DNA of 62,087 bases, the filler included, from Choristocarpus tenellus KU-1152 (Eukaryota; Protista; Phaeophyceae), in the NCBI GenBank assembly GCA_964200185.2. It is 12 parts of 12 records of this genome, joined end to end, with 100 filler letters (N's around TTAATTAATTAA, not from the genome) between each part and the next. Parts side by side here need not be neighbours in the genome. Positions count along the whole stretch, not along the records: positions 1 to 2,972 come from CAXNAD020023255.1; positions 3,073 to 6,445 come from CAXNAD020020464.1; positions 6,546 to 14,201 come from CAXNAD020005805.1; 9 more parts are not named here. One strand, written 5' to 3'. Positions 1 to 11,696 of the stretch are shown piece by piece (position 1 is the first letter of the stretch; each line of letters begins with the position of its first letter). The notes under the pieces were generated by a model. It made no database searches and was not told the origin of the DNA. It saw only the letters and a list, made by a program, of their open reading frames with translations. The translations under genes and the position numbers were made by a program.

Positions 1-66
1 AAAGTGAAAAACGAAAAAAGGGTGAAAAACGGACGCCGACACCCCCCCCCCAGAAACTTTGACCCC
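1..66. mobile_element. Terminal fragment of MITE subtype C (second copy at 25075-25143)
   Basis: AAAGTGAAAA-CGAAAAAAGGGTGAAAAACGGACGCCGACAC(C)n CAGA(T/A)ACTTTGAC occurs at two independent contig starts and ends in the TIR shared with subtypes A and B. Confidence 0.65.
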
Positions 67-262
67 AGGATCGGGACCCTGTCTGTCGACATTCGTGAAA
101 TGGAGACCGTTCTACATCACAAAGGCAACGCCAAGGTGTGTGTGGAAAGAGTCAAACGACTATTAGGGACGTACGATGCAGGATCCGGATAAGAGTCTGT
201 GATGCTGTCTGTATATCACTGCAATCTATACGCTCCCATACTCTCGCACATCCGCCACCTGC

Positions 263-707
263 GGGTGAAAGTATCTTAGAGGGTACGAGTTTTTTTCCTG
301 TTTGTCCATTTGGGGCTTAACTGCCCACATGTTTTTAATGACATTTTACCTAAATATACTCCAAAAATACACTTTGGTCTCAATTCTGTACCAAGTACAT
401 ATTACTATTTGCCATCCTTTTTAATCATGACGATTTTTGGCAGTGTGAGAACTTATTCGGAATCACACGGCAATACAGACTACAGCTGTGTGTGCCCAAA
501 TTTATAATGTTGTGCAACTTTTGACAGCAGGGTAAAAAATATTTTGGAGTAGGTAAAACGTATACGCATTATGAAAAGGAGTGTCCGGAACAAGGATATT
601 ATCATCTCCTATCAAAAATGATAGTCAAGATTACATTAAAACTGCAACATTGGATTTTGGCCAGCCCCAAAACGGACGCGGCTCTAACCTCTAAGATACT
701 TTGGCTC
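263..707 (+). mobile_element. Non-autonomous TIR element (MITE subtype A), long copy
   Basis: Ends GGGTGAAAGTATCTTAGAGG ... CCTCTAAGATACTTTGGCTC are inverted repeats. Internal sequence is shared with copies at 2395-2657, 2785-2952, ~20350-20645 (-), 25300-25726 (-), ~25768-25830 (partial) and 27744-27990. No coding capacity. Confidence 0.8.
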
Positions 708-1835
708 TCCACCACATGACCAACGACCAAGGTCTGTACCCTCCCCATTCACAGTCCTCATACTCCAACCCTTCCACTAAATTTTTACTGACGACAGCTA
801 AGCCCCCCTTGTGAACTACCACATTAAACACTCAACGAGAAGTAGAAAAATTCTGTATCAATCATGCCGTCCTTCCATGAACAAAATACACAGGACACGA
901 ATCTTGTTTTTATGTCCAGTCACACACCACCCATCGCATTCAATTATAAATATCTTCGCTAGGTGCCACATACACTCAAGTGAATGAATTATTCGTTATT
1001 AACAGCATCCACCCCTGCAAATTTCAAACGCTTTTTAACACGATTGCTTCTCTAACCCTGGGGAACACGATTTGTTTGGTCGCATCTGAGCCCCCTTAAT
1101 TACACTGCTTAACCCAAATTTAATCCGACATACACTATCCCTTCCATACACACACTCACACCATACCCCTCAGACTTTGACAGATAGGAGGACAGACTCC
1201 ATAGCAACACATTTGCAAAACTTCTACAGAACAATCATCGGTGTTTTCAGTGGTAGAATCGAGCTTGTTTAAGAGTTCACGTCCAATAAATGTTCTGTGG
1301 TGTACAACTAAACTTTCTCGTTTATATTGAACGGATTTTGGTTAAACTATTCTAGGTATAAATAATTTCTTTATTTCAATGCATTTCTTCTACATTTCTA
1401 CCCCAATCGAGAACTTTCTTATAATTACCGAAAAGAAGGTTCGAACTATAATAAACTGTTTCCCATACCTTCCTTTCACTTCCAAAGTCTATCTTGTCCA
1501 TATAAGACATCCCTTCTTCTCCAACAATCCAAAAAACAGCGCGAAAATCACAATAACGCCTTCTTGCCCAAACATGCTAACAGTTGCCTCCCCATCAACC
1601 CCACCCTAACAACAAACATCTTGGTGGCGCTACAGCACGCACAACAGAGTCCCCGTGTTTTGCCCCTTCAGGCTGTCATCATCCCTGATTTCACACAGAC
1701 TTTCACCACAACGACCTGGACAACAGATTCACGTTCACAATCCTGCCTTGACAATACCAGAGGTTCACTTCAGAGTCCAACCGACAATGCCTCGGTGGAG
1801 TACCTGCTCGCTTATCAAGGCAACTCCGACTTGGG

Positions 1836-2306
1836 GACACATCCTATGCAAGGTTCACCCAAGGCACATGCCTTGTCCTGTGCGTGGGAGGAGGGGCTAT
1901 CGTACAGGGGGGGGTCCGCGATGTTCACCTTGACGATTCGGGGGCATACATGTATTCTGTGTCCTACCTTCCTCACGATGGCGAAAACTCTTTGACCTCT
2001 AAACTGAGGCTGTACATGACAGAGGACGAGATCGAGGAGGGAGTCAAACAACTTAGGGAGAGGAAGCAGGGGGGCAGTGTTAATGGTCCTGCAGCAGCCC
2101 ATTGTGCCACGCAGGAGAAGCGTGGGAACGAGGGGGAGGATATCCAGATATACATCCTCCTGGAACCGTCACTGAGGGCTGTGCCTGATTTAGATGAGAG
2201 GGGAATGCTATATGGCAGTGCGAAGGGCAGGGGGCTGTACTTCAGATGGGGCGATCAGTGGATGCGAGGGACTGCGACCAAGTACCAACCCCACTACACG
2301 GTATGA
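1836..2306 (+). CDS. Uncharacterised coding-like segment, possibly two Tudor/SH3-like motifs; may be transposon-derived
   Basis: A 140-codon GC-richer ORF containing two G-x-V/T...Y-x-V-x-Y-like segments (AIVQGGVRDV...YMYSVSY; LYFRWGDQWMRGTATKY...HYTV). The domain call is a guess. Confidence 0.3.
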   Translation, partial: DTSYARFTQGTCLVLCVGGGAIVQGGVRDVHLDDSGAYMYSVSYLPHDGENSLTSKLRLYMTEDEIEEGVKQLRERKQGGSVNGPAAAHCATQEKRGNEGEDIQIYILLEPSLRAVPDLDERGMLYGSAKGRGLYFRWGDQWMRGTATKYQPHYTV

Positions 2307-2394
2307 ATTGGAGAGAAGTGAATCAGCTACCCCTACAAGGTTAAATGGGAGAATGGCGAGTTGCGTAATATCCAGCTTCTTGCAGAATGATACA

Positions 2395-2657
2395 GAGTGA
2401 ACGTATCTTGGAGGTTACGAGTTTTGCCATGTTTGTCCATTTGGGGCGGCTTGGCTTCCCAGTGTTTTTTTCATTACATTTTATCTACTTCAAAATGTTT
2501 CGGAGTAGGTAAAATGTATACGTTATGAAAAGGTGTGTCTGGAACAAGAATATTGACACTTCCTAACAAACACGATTGCTAAAATTACATCAAAATCCCA
2601 ACATTGGATTTTGGTCCCCAGATGGACGCGATTCTACCCTCTAAGATACTTTGGCTC
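2395..2657 (+). mobile_element. MITE subtype A, internally shorter copy
   Basis: TIRs GAGTGAACGTATCTTGGAGG / CCTCTAAGATACTTTGGCTC, flanked by TACA on both sides. Confidence 0.8.
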
Positions 2658-2784
2658 TACAGTAAAGAACAAGACGCTTGGTTCTGGACAAGTCACACAT
2701 CGCAGCAACGCTAGGAGAGAAACAGCTTTCAGGAGCTACCCAAGCCGTTCCTATCCAGGAGCCACCCTGTCCTGCAGACCTGCA

Positions 2785-2972
2785 GAGTGAAAGTATCTTA
2801 GAGGGCACGAGTTTTGTCCTGTTTGTCCATTTGGGGCTTGACTTCCCATTGGTTCTTTATGACTTTTTTTTTGGTCTAAAAAGTTTAGGAGTAGGTAAAG
2901 TATGTATGTTGTGAAAAGGTGTGTCCGAAACATAGATATTTTGACATTTCCTGACTCAAAGTATCTGAGGGG
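2785..2972 (+). mobile_element. MITE subtype A interrupted at 2953 by a nested B/C-type terminus, then contig end
   Basis: A-type start GAGTGAAAGTATCTTAGAGGGCACGAG. A second TIR, GACTCAAAGTATCTGAGGGG, begins at 2953. Confidence 0.7.
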
Positions 2973-3072
2973 NNNNNNNNNNNNNNNNNNNNNNNNNNNN
3001 NNNNNNNNNNNNNNNNTTAATTAATTAANNNNNNNNNNNNNNNNNNNNNNNNNNNNNNNNNNNNNNNNNNNN
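2973..3072. other. Artificial contig spacer (first of 11). Others: 6446-6545, 14202-14301, 19303-19402, 24975-25074, 31000-31099, 34927-35026, 41284-41383, 45049-45148, 49219-49318, 57284-57383
   Basis: Identical 100-bp blocks of N44-TTAATTAATTAA-N44, with stop codons in all six frames. Flanking sequences are unrelated and genes are truncated at them. Confidence 0.98.
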
Positions 3073-3921
3073 GTTGCACCCTGTAAGAGGGTACTAGAAT
3101 AGACCCTGTATTAAAGATTTGTTAAAACAAAGACCTAGGAAGGATGGAGCTGAAAATCCCTACCCTCTTTTGTCTTTGTTTGTTCGATGGGATTGGGTGT
3201 ATACAAGTAGGAGTGCCGAATTGGGGGTAGTTCCTCTAACACTTCATTGGAGAGGGAGTAATTATAATATGATATTTTTCAAAACTTGGGAAAACATTTT
3301 AGTGGTTGGAGCAACATTAAAATTAAATTGGGTACGGAAAAATTCGATTGATCGAATTGAACTGTTGGTGGTGGATTAAGGAGAATCACGACAAGTGTGA
3401 CGGTTTGGACGTGATGCATAATAGATAAGGAAAGAAAATCCAACGCCCCCCCAAAAGTCCTATGACGTAGATGTTAATGTATGTTAACATCACTATACAG
3501 TCTGCGCTCATGTTATTCGATCTACGTCATAGTACTTTTTGGGGGGCGTTGGATTTTCTTTCCTTATCTCACTATGGATCACCTCCAAACCGTCAGTCAC
3601 ACTTGTCGTGATTCTCCTTAGTTCACCAACAGTTCAATTCGATCAATCGAATTTTTCCGTACCCAATTTAATTTTAAGGTTGCTCCAACCACTAAAATGT
3701 TTTCTCAAGTTTTGAAAAATATCATATTATAATTACTCCCTCTCCAATGAAGTGTTAGAGGAACTACCCCCAATTCGATACTCCTACTTGTATCCACCCA
3801 ATCCCATCGAACAAACAAAGACAAAAGAGGGTAGGGATTTTCAGCTCCATCCTTCCTAGGTCTTTGTTTTAACAAACCTTTAATACAGGGTCTATTCTAT
3901 TACCCTCTTACAGGATGCAAC
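3073..3921. repeat. Long near-perfect inverted repeat (arms 3073-3472 and 3520-3921, 47-nt spacer)
   Basis: The arms are reverse complements along their full ~400 bp, with scattered substitutions and small indels (roughly 95% identity by eye). Confidence 0.95.
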
Positions 3922-3959
3922 TTCATTGATAGGAGTAGCTTAGTTCCATAGAAACAAGG

Positions 3960-5857
3960 ATGAACCAAACATTTTTGGGAGTTGTCGTTGGACTCGTTCT
4001 TAGAACTACCTTTGGGTTCTTATCTCCTTGGACAATGTTTGCCTCTACAGCACCATCGGGTTATCGGTACATATCCCAACCGTCAACAGTGAGGAACAGT
4101 GGTGGGTACGCAACAATGATGAGCGTCCGTCCACCTTCCCCCACCCTGTCCTATGTGACGAAGGTGGCTTTCCAGGTTGGTGTTGGTTACCCAATCGTAA
4201 GCAGAGGTCAGTTGCCTTCATGTTCCCCAATCATAGCTCTTTTCAAGTTGGATTTGTTCGTATGCGACTCTCTTGTAGATGATTTGCACAACATATCATC
4301 ACAATGTCTCATCCCTCTATCAGGGTGAAGCCGGTGCCTACTCGGAAAAAGCTTTGCGGGAGCTTCTAGGCCCCAATGTAGTAGCTGTTGGTCACGAATT
4401 GTTCGACGACGTCTTCAAGGCGGTGAGTGTCTTGATGAGGCAATGCGACGCTCTCGGTGCAACGCTCCTGGGATTGCCGCCAGAAATGACTCATGTATGG
4501 TCAGAATTGACACATGCATGCCCAACCTTCGTGTGTGCAACCCCCTCTCTGTTTCCCCTTACTTATGACGTACCTTGCCAACGTCTCTCCTAACTGCTTT
4601 TTTTGTTAACTACGCACTTGAAAGGTGGCCAGGCGTGAGGTCGAATATGCTGTTATTCCTATTGAGAACTCCCTGGGTGGGTCCATCCACACCAACTACG
4701 ACCTCCTCCTGAGATATGAGGTGCGCATTACATGACCTTGCTGTTCTCTAGGCCTAAGGCCACTATACCAATTTCTTCCATGCACTCCAGACATTGGTGC
4801 AGGAATGGCACAAGTCTGACGCGTAGTTCTGTTACCAATAGCACACACTAATCTGTGTAGAGGAAGTTTATTGGACCAGTGCATCTGCTCCTAGCCTATT
4901 ATTTAGCAGTTTTCAAGGAAATATCTACTACGACAGTATGCATCTTGTCAATTCACTTTCATTTGAGATGAGCGTCATGTAAGCGTCATTGAGGTCAGCA
5001 AACCCAGTTTTTGCTGCCATGCCGACTGCATCCCCTCATCCATAGCACAGCATGCATATGAGTATGCTAACCCGAACTCCCCGCATCATGGCGTGTGACT
5101 TTTTTTTGTCAATTATGCTTGGCAGCACATCACTGCTGAACCTGTATTCTAGGTTTCCACTTAACTTCTGTTGATTGCAGCCAGATGGTGTGAATGTTTC
5201 AGGGTTCTCAACGTAATGCCATCCCCAATCCTACAGAACAAACTTGCATTTTTTGATAAGTACTTTTGAAAGCATCTTGTTTGATGCAGAACCCCTTCTG
5301 TTAGTCCCCTCCCGACCTTGCGAATTGTTCCAACAAATAGTAGTGTGCACTCTCCTGCTTTGGCATGCCCTTCTCCTATATGGGGTAACAGTCAGCATTT
5401 CCTGGCCGTAGCGATATGGCTGGGGCAAGTGCAAGAAAAAACATGAAAAGGCGGCGCTGTGTGTACAGTCCTGCTCAGTCTCCCTTTTAGAAGACCTTGT
5501 GAGCAAGTCCTGAAGATTCAGCCGTGACAGCACAAGTCCCCCCCTCGCCCCTCACCTGTATTGCCCTCCCACTCCACCTGCACTCGAAATATTTTGCAGA
5601 AACACACACATTCATGAGCCCCAGAATTCTCCAAATCTATTGCCCTTGTGACTCAGCGTATTATGATGACAAATTCATAGTGCTTTGAATGATATTCGAC
5701 CAAAATGCTGTCCCTTTGCCCAGCTATTCATTGTGGCAGAGCACGATTTTCGAGTGGAGCATTTCCTCCTTGCCCTTCCTGGATCAGAAATGAAAGACAT
5801 CAAGAAGGTTTTGAGTCACCCACAGGCCCTTGCTCAGTGTGACAACTATCTTAGGGG
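3960..5857 (+). CDS. pheA: Prephenate/arogenate dehydratase, plastid-targeted, 5' partial (exons 3960-4175, 4324-4422, 4625-4720, 5724-5857)
   Basis: Spliced product ...KVAFQ|[10 protein letters not shown]...FDDVFKA|[32 protein letters not shown]|[16 protein letters not shown]...[12 protein letters not shown] carries the PDT motifs GAYSE, PIENS and SHPQALAQC. All introns are GT-AG with consistent phase. The N-terminus is a hydrophobic signal ending TTFG-FLSP (ASA-FAP-like) followed by a Ser/Thr-rich transit peptide. Confidence 0.93.
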
Positions 5858-8324
5858 GTGAGAGCTCTTCTTCTGCACACCCAGTTTTGCTTGTGTTGCT
5901 GTCTCCTCCTTCTCTTTCCTCTTGCATCCGACATCTCAGCCCCCTTACCCTTCCCACCTTCAACGTGCTTTGCATCAAAATGGACTTGCAGAGGGTTGTA
6001 CTTGTATGGCTGTTGGTTTGTTACGTGTGCATGCATGTGAGTGATCTCTCTGACAAGCATGTATTGTCACGGGAGGAGCTCGCCTTTCTTTTCTTGAAAG
6101 ACAACAGAAGAGCTTGACAGGCCTAACTGGATACATGTATGGTCATGTAATGACAGGTGCAGCATATCACCCAAGAGCCTGCTCTGCGTTACTACACATC
6201 TGTGGGAAATGAACACAGCACATACATTTGCATGAACATTTTTGTGCAAGCGTGTTGGTGACCCTTTCATCATCACAGTCGCAATCGCTGCATGCTCACC
6301 CACCTTCCCTCAATGCCTCCTCCCTCCTGACTCTCTCAACCCCCTTGTAGTCAGAGTCTTTTTGCTGAACTCCCCCCCCCCCCCCACCCCCCCCCCCCTC
6401 CTTCCCCCCCCCCCCTCCACTCTGGTCTTCCCCCCCCTCCCCCCCNNNNNNNNNNNNNNNNNNNNNNNNNNNNNNNNNNNNNNNNNNNNTTAATTAATTA
6501 ANNNNNNNNNNNNNNNNNNNNNNNNNNNNNNNNNNNNNNNNNNNNCCCCCCAGATACTTTGACCCCCAGGTATGAAAATGGGAAAGGCAAGGCATTTTTT
6601 GGTATGTGCATGGTTCTCAACTGTGTCTAACAAGCTGTCTAACTTCCCAGCAAGCCAACTCAATGTGCGCCATATATTATCTTTGGCATGCTATGTGAAC
6701 TCTTCAGTAGTAACATCTGAATAACTATTAGGCGAACCAAGAAACATTTCAGTGCGTAAGCAAGCTTGCCTTACAAACAGAAGGGAAAAGACTCTCATGA
6801 AAATTTGCACTGAAGGCTGTGTTTATGGGACAACTAACGAATCGTGGTATATATATATATATATAACCCTAACCCTATATATATATATATATATATATTG
6901 CTAGCATAGAACGCAACGTGACCTGTACTCCCTCTAACACAGAATTTCCTTGAGGGTGATACAGGGTGTCTTTGGTTTTCTTACAGCCAAAGACAGATTG
7001 CCACTCTGCAACAATGCTGTTTTCAAATTTGACACCTGAGATTAGCAACTCAGATGGTTGGATGGTGCCATGGTGTCAAAAATACACATTCTACCACCAT
7101 ACAAGCAATTGCTGCGGCCTCTTTGTTTGGATCAGGGCACAAAGTGCTATATATATGAGCAAGGTGGTCAATGACAGACAAGATGTGCATGAGCACAAGA
7201 CACCATTCACTCCTGGGGAACATGTTTTGTACTCTACCAAACCATAGCAACATGTTGAAACGGTCTGCTAACAGGTATGTGGCCAGTGGGAAGAGTACCT
7301 TTGTTATAAGCAGTCTTACATGAATGGCATGCCTGACAATCTCAAGATTTACAAAAATGACATTGAGTGTTGACTGTCAATACACCTAATCAGTTCGAGG
7401 CTGAGCTTCTCCCCAAGGTGGAAAATTTGCATGGAGAGCAACTTTTGCTGTACCTGTGCCGTTCTCCACAAGAAAGGGTCAGAGACGGTTGTAATCACCA
7501 GCTGCATTCCGGAAGATCAATGTACTAGTCCCTAACATTCTCAAACATGGGTTAAAAACGTCCAATGAGCACACACAACAATCACGTTAACCATGGAGTA
7601 CAAGATGGAACCAACAAGCGAGGAATAACCAACCGGTCTCTAATCATGCTCCACTAAAAAAATGAACCTTGTAAATACAAACAATAAACCAAGCCATTAC
7701 AGAAGAAATTGTACAGCATAGATGTAGTCATTTCCTTAATAGGTGGTAAGGCAACAGCGGGGGGGATGAAAATCCCTGAATTATGCTCTAAATTCGGTTT
7801 CCCGCTCCTTGCGCAATTGCTCAAGGTACACTCTTGGAAATACAGCAGTAGAACTAGTGAAAGGTTTATTGAAACATGGGCTGATCGATTAGTAAAAAAT
7901 TAATTCAAGAAGACATGGATCTCATTATCGAGAATAACATTAAGGTCTTGATTCTGTTTTACTAGTCTGTTGTCATAATGTGACGATGCCAGTAAGAGAG
8001 TGAGCAAGTGGGGACTCTAAAATGTGAAACATCCCCTCATCCTTGTCACACCATCGAGGAGACAAAACTGCCATAGATGCTACGTACAGCACATACAAGC
8101 TATTGCAAAGAATATCTGCTCGTACTTGCTATCTATTGCAAACTATCGATTCGTGAAGGGAAACAAAGTAACAAGAAACATGACAAGAGTCATCGTCGAA
8201 CACATGACCTGCAAATCTTAAAAATACACACAAATAAGAACAGACTATTGCATCGTGCACGTATGCTCTATCATATATAGCTCATGATTACTTGGACAGG
8301 GGAGGTGCATCAATTCACTCCTAC

Positions 8325-9050
8325 TCTCTTAAATGGGTTAAGGCGAATCGGTTGGTTCAAGTCATTCCTTTCCATTATGTTTTCGCATCATGCCTACCCA
8401 ACAGGGCCATGCCCTGATGAGCATGAAAGAGGGTCAGGCTTGAGGTGATTCAGTGAGGTCACATCGTTCTATATATTTTGCACCATATTCTCTTAGGTGT
8501 GTCATTGATCTTGGCTTCATGAAATGGGTTCAGGTGATTTGGTGTGTTCAAGTCATTAGATTCCATTTTATTTATGTGCCATGAATGCTTTACAGGGCCA
8601 CGGACTGAAACATTCGAGAGAGGGTCAGTTTTCAACGTTTTCGATACACAACCATCACCATGTACCATGCATACTCAGCAGAATTATGCACTGTTGAGCT
8701 AATGTAGTGAACAGAGAGAGGATGGGGCTTTTTTGTCACCCTCTCCGTACACCATGTGTACTCACCTTGGATATGCCCAGACCCAACTGGGTCACACCCA
8801 GGACAGGCTCTCACAGTCTCATGCGCTGGAGGTAGAGAGAGGATCGGACGATGTTTTTCCTTCCCCATATGCCATGCATACTCACCTGGAACATGACCAC
8901 ACTCGATGAGTCAAGCCCATATTATATTTTCAAGTCCTAAAAACTTGATTTTTTTAATTGGTTCATGTATTTTTATGTTCTCACTTCAGACATGCCCAGA
9001 CCCAACTGGTTCAAGCCAATATGAGCTCTCAAAGTGTCATTCGCTTGAGT
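8325..9050 (-). repeat. Degenerate tandem array of exon-like units
   Basis: Two diverged ~190-bp units (~8330-8440 and ~8520-8630). Three ~100-120-bp units contain AG|...|GTGAG-bounded segments at 8766-8825, 8886-8936 and 8985-9043. Confidence 0.55.
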
Positions 9051-11025
9051 TTTTGATCGGTTGATGCAATATATTTCAGAAATAAGTGTATCATTTGTGC
9101 GACATGTAACGCATTATGGGTCACATCAAACATTTATGTCACGACATGAAATGTATGTACTGTACTTTGTGGTCTCAAACTCTTGATACCCAATCCCATC
9201 GGTATGTGCTATTAAATTACTCACCATTAAATTACATATATGCGGAAAACATCGACTGAATGTGCCTCCATTCGTCCCAGTTATGTTCCCCTTCATACAC
9301 CCTGCTTTAAGTCGGTACATATTAACTAATATTCAACCCCCCCCTCCCCCAACACAGAAAAGGGGTTCGTAGACCATACCTGTCAAAGAACCAACTGTGG
9401 GCAGTTTGAACTTCATAAATCGTTGCGTAGAATGCGATCACTCAAGAGGTAGCTAGCAGGTGACCCTTGACACCGCCGACTCGTCACTCTCCATCGTTGG
9501 CCTCGCCAGAGAGTGATTTCCGTCTCACCAGGTCCTTGTTGCCCCCCCCCTGCCACCTCCTCCTTCCCTTCCCCCTCCAGCTCCTCCTTGGCAACGTCTG
9601 GCACTTGCTACACCTATCTGGAGAAAAAAAAACGAAATGGTGTCCCTGTGTTTGTGAGGATGATGGTTTAGGGGACGGGGGACAGGGGACATGTAGTGTA
9701 TGGAGGGTGAAACCGCTGGGCTGCGTATTGCCAATTATGCCTTCTGCCTCCTGCATTTGTGTACTGAAATCTCCATGGGTGTCTGGTGGCTATGTGCAAG
9801 TCGGCATAGACCTCCATTCTTGCAACCTTCCCAAGACCCCAAGAACATCCACACACTCCTTGGACCCTGCCACTAGTCCTTGCCACCCACCATGACGACT
9901 CGTGGACTTGGAGTCAAACCAATTGAGAGGTACACAGGTTTGGAGCACTTTTCATCTAAGTCATATTGCTTACCTTTGTTCAATACGCTCGATCTAATTC
10001 CTTTATTATGTCCACAACACTATACACCAATAGATATTCCCCCTTTCCACACACAAATTGGCATCGCAATTCACCAAAGGGGTTTTCTGCGATTGTACAA
10101 AACGTCGCTTTTTTTCCTTTCTCGGGATCCTTCAAATGCAACCTTGCCTACCTCTCAAGTTTGTTTGACTCTTGACCACCACCCCAACCATTCGACCCTG
10201 TTGGACTTAACCAGGTTCATTCTTTAACTTCTTGGATTTTGCCATCTCGCTCTCTATCGCATTCACCATAGCAGCCAGGAGAACCTGATTGTGTAACCCT
10301 ATCTCCTCGTAAATCAGGCCTCCCAACAGTGTCATCGTGGGGACTGGTATGGACGGCCATTCCGCTGGGGTTAGAGGTGGGATACATTAATCCAATCGCA
10401 GTTCCCCAACAATCCGCCTCCCTCATCCACGCCTCGAGACTTTCGTTAAACGCAACGCAGAAGGCTCTACAGGTAATAATCCTCCGTCAGGGGGGAAGTT
10501 GTCAGTATCACTTTATGTCTTTACCACTATCCTCTTGCACTGTGTAATCATCCCTGTCACCCACACTACTACTACTAATACTACTATCACTACAATTATT
10601 GTAAAGAAGATGAACAAGTACACAAATATATAAATATTCTTCTTAAACAACATTCAATTCCTTCTTGAAATTAACCTTGTAGGGCATACATAGTAACAGT
10701 ATTTTCATCTTCGAGTTGTTGTCCTCAATTCATGCATGGTAAAAGTATTACAACATTGGCATATTCTCACATCAATAAATCAAATTTTGAACGTCCATGA
10801 GTAGAATACATGGTGGTGCTTGATAGTGTGTAGTGTGTTATTTGTGGAAGTACATTCCACCATGCCAGCCGTTAACGGCAAGTATTGATTGTTTCAAGAT
10901 TACTAATGTCACACATACCTAAGACAACTGATGTGAATTCTTTATTGAACAACGATTAGAGCTATCTCTCTCATTGAGGGACTCAAGGAGACCGACGACT
11001 TAAACACGACACCTTCATAGACGGC

Positions 11026-11696
11026 ATGTCGGACCCTGTAACAACCGCAGCTATACAGAAAGACTGGAAGGATAGGGAGATGATTGAGGTTATTCATCTT
11101 AATCTTCTCAAGGTGACTAACATGAGTAACACAGTAAAAGAGCACGTTCCTTTCTCCTTTTCCCTCACCTCGCTTCCCGGAGTGATTCCTTCGGTTAATT
11201 TCATATCTGCAGTAGGGCGAATTACACAAGTTTCGTTGGGTGCCCATGGCCCTGCCAAAGTTGATTGAAGTATGCCCGAACGTTACTGTGTCCTTTTGAC
11301 CCGCATATTTCGGAAATCCTCAGTATAGTTCTTCTTCTTCTCCTTGACAAGGGGGTGACCACCCCCAGGTCTGATTAAAGATTTCAATTCCTTGCTCTTC
11401 CTCCGGCGATGAGGGAAACCCGTATGCCAATCTTTCAAGGTTTGTTGGATCAACAGTCTGAATGTTTCTCTCCTCTTGCATGGTACACGTTCCCTCTGCA
11501 GATCACAATGTTTTTGAATGAGTTCGAGACCTCGGTGCGATACAAGCTAGCCGTTCTAAAAGAGCGTGTGACTTCCTTGGAACGCACCCTAGAGTATTGT
11601 GAGACGGCCGTGAAGGACGGGAACCAGTTCAACACACCCCTAGCGGAACGTCCAAGCGATGATGGGCAGGTACCACCACCACCACCACCTCCATGA
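11026..11696 (+). CDS. BRK1: BRICK1/HSPC300, SCAR/WAVE complex subunit, complete (exons 11026-11112, 11502-11696; 93 aa)
   Basis: MSDPVTTAAIQKDWKDREMIEVIHLNLLK|ITMFLNEFETSVRYKLAVLKERVTSLERTLEYCE matches the BRK1 pattern IQxDWxxRExIE...FLNxF...RxKLAxLxEK/RxTxLERxxEYxE. Phase-0 GT-AG intron. Confidence 0.92.

Noticed and set aside
1238-1285. tRNA A-box-like string GGTGTTTTCAGTGGTAGAATC
   Set aside because: No anticodon arm, T arm or acceptor pairing follows.
6360-6445. Poly-C/poly-G tracts as G-quadruplex or polyproline/polyglycine coding (also 14150-14345, 21150-21270, 49149-49200)
   Set aside because: They lie at contig ends or gaps where base calls are unreliable, and several are the homopolymer tracts of the MITEs.
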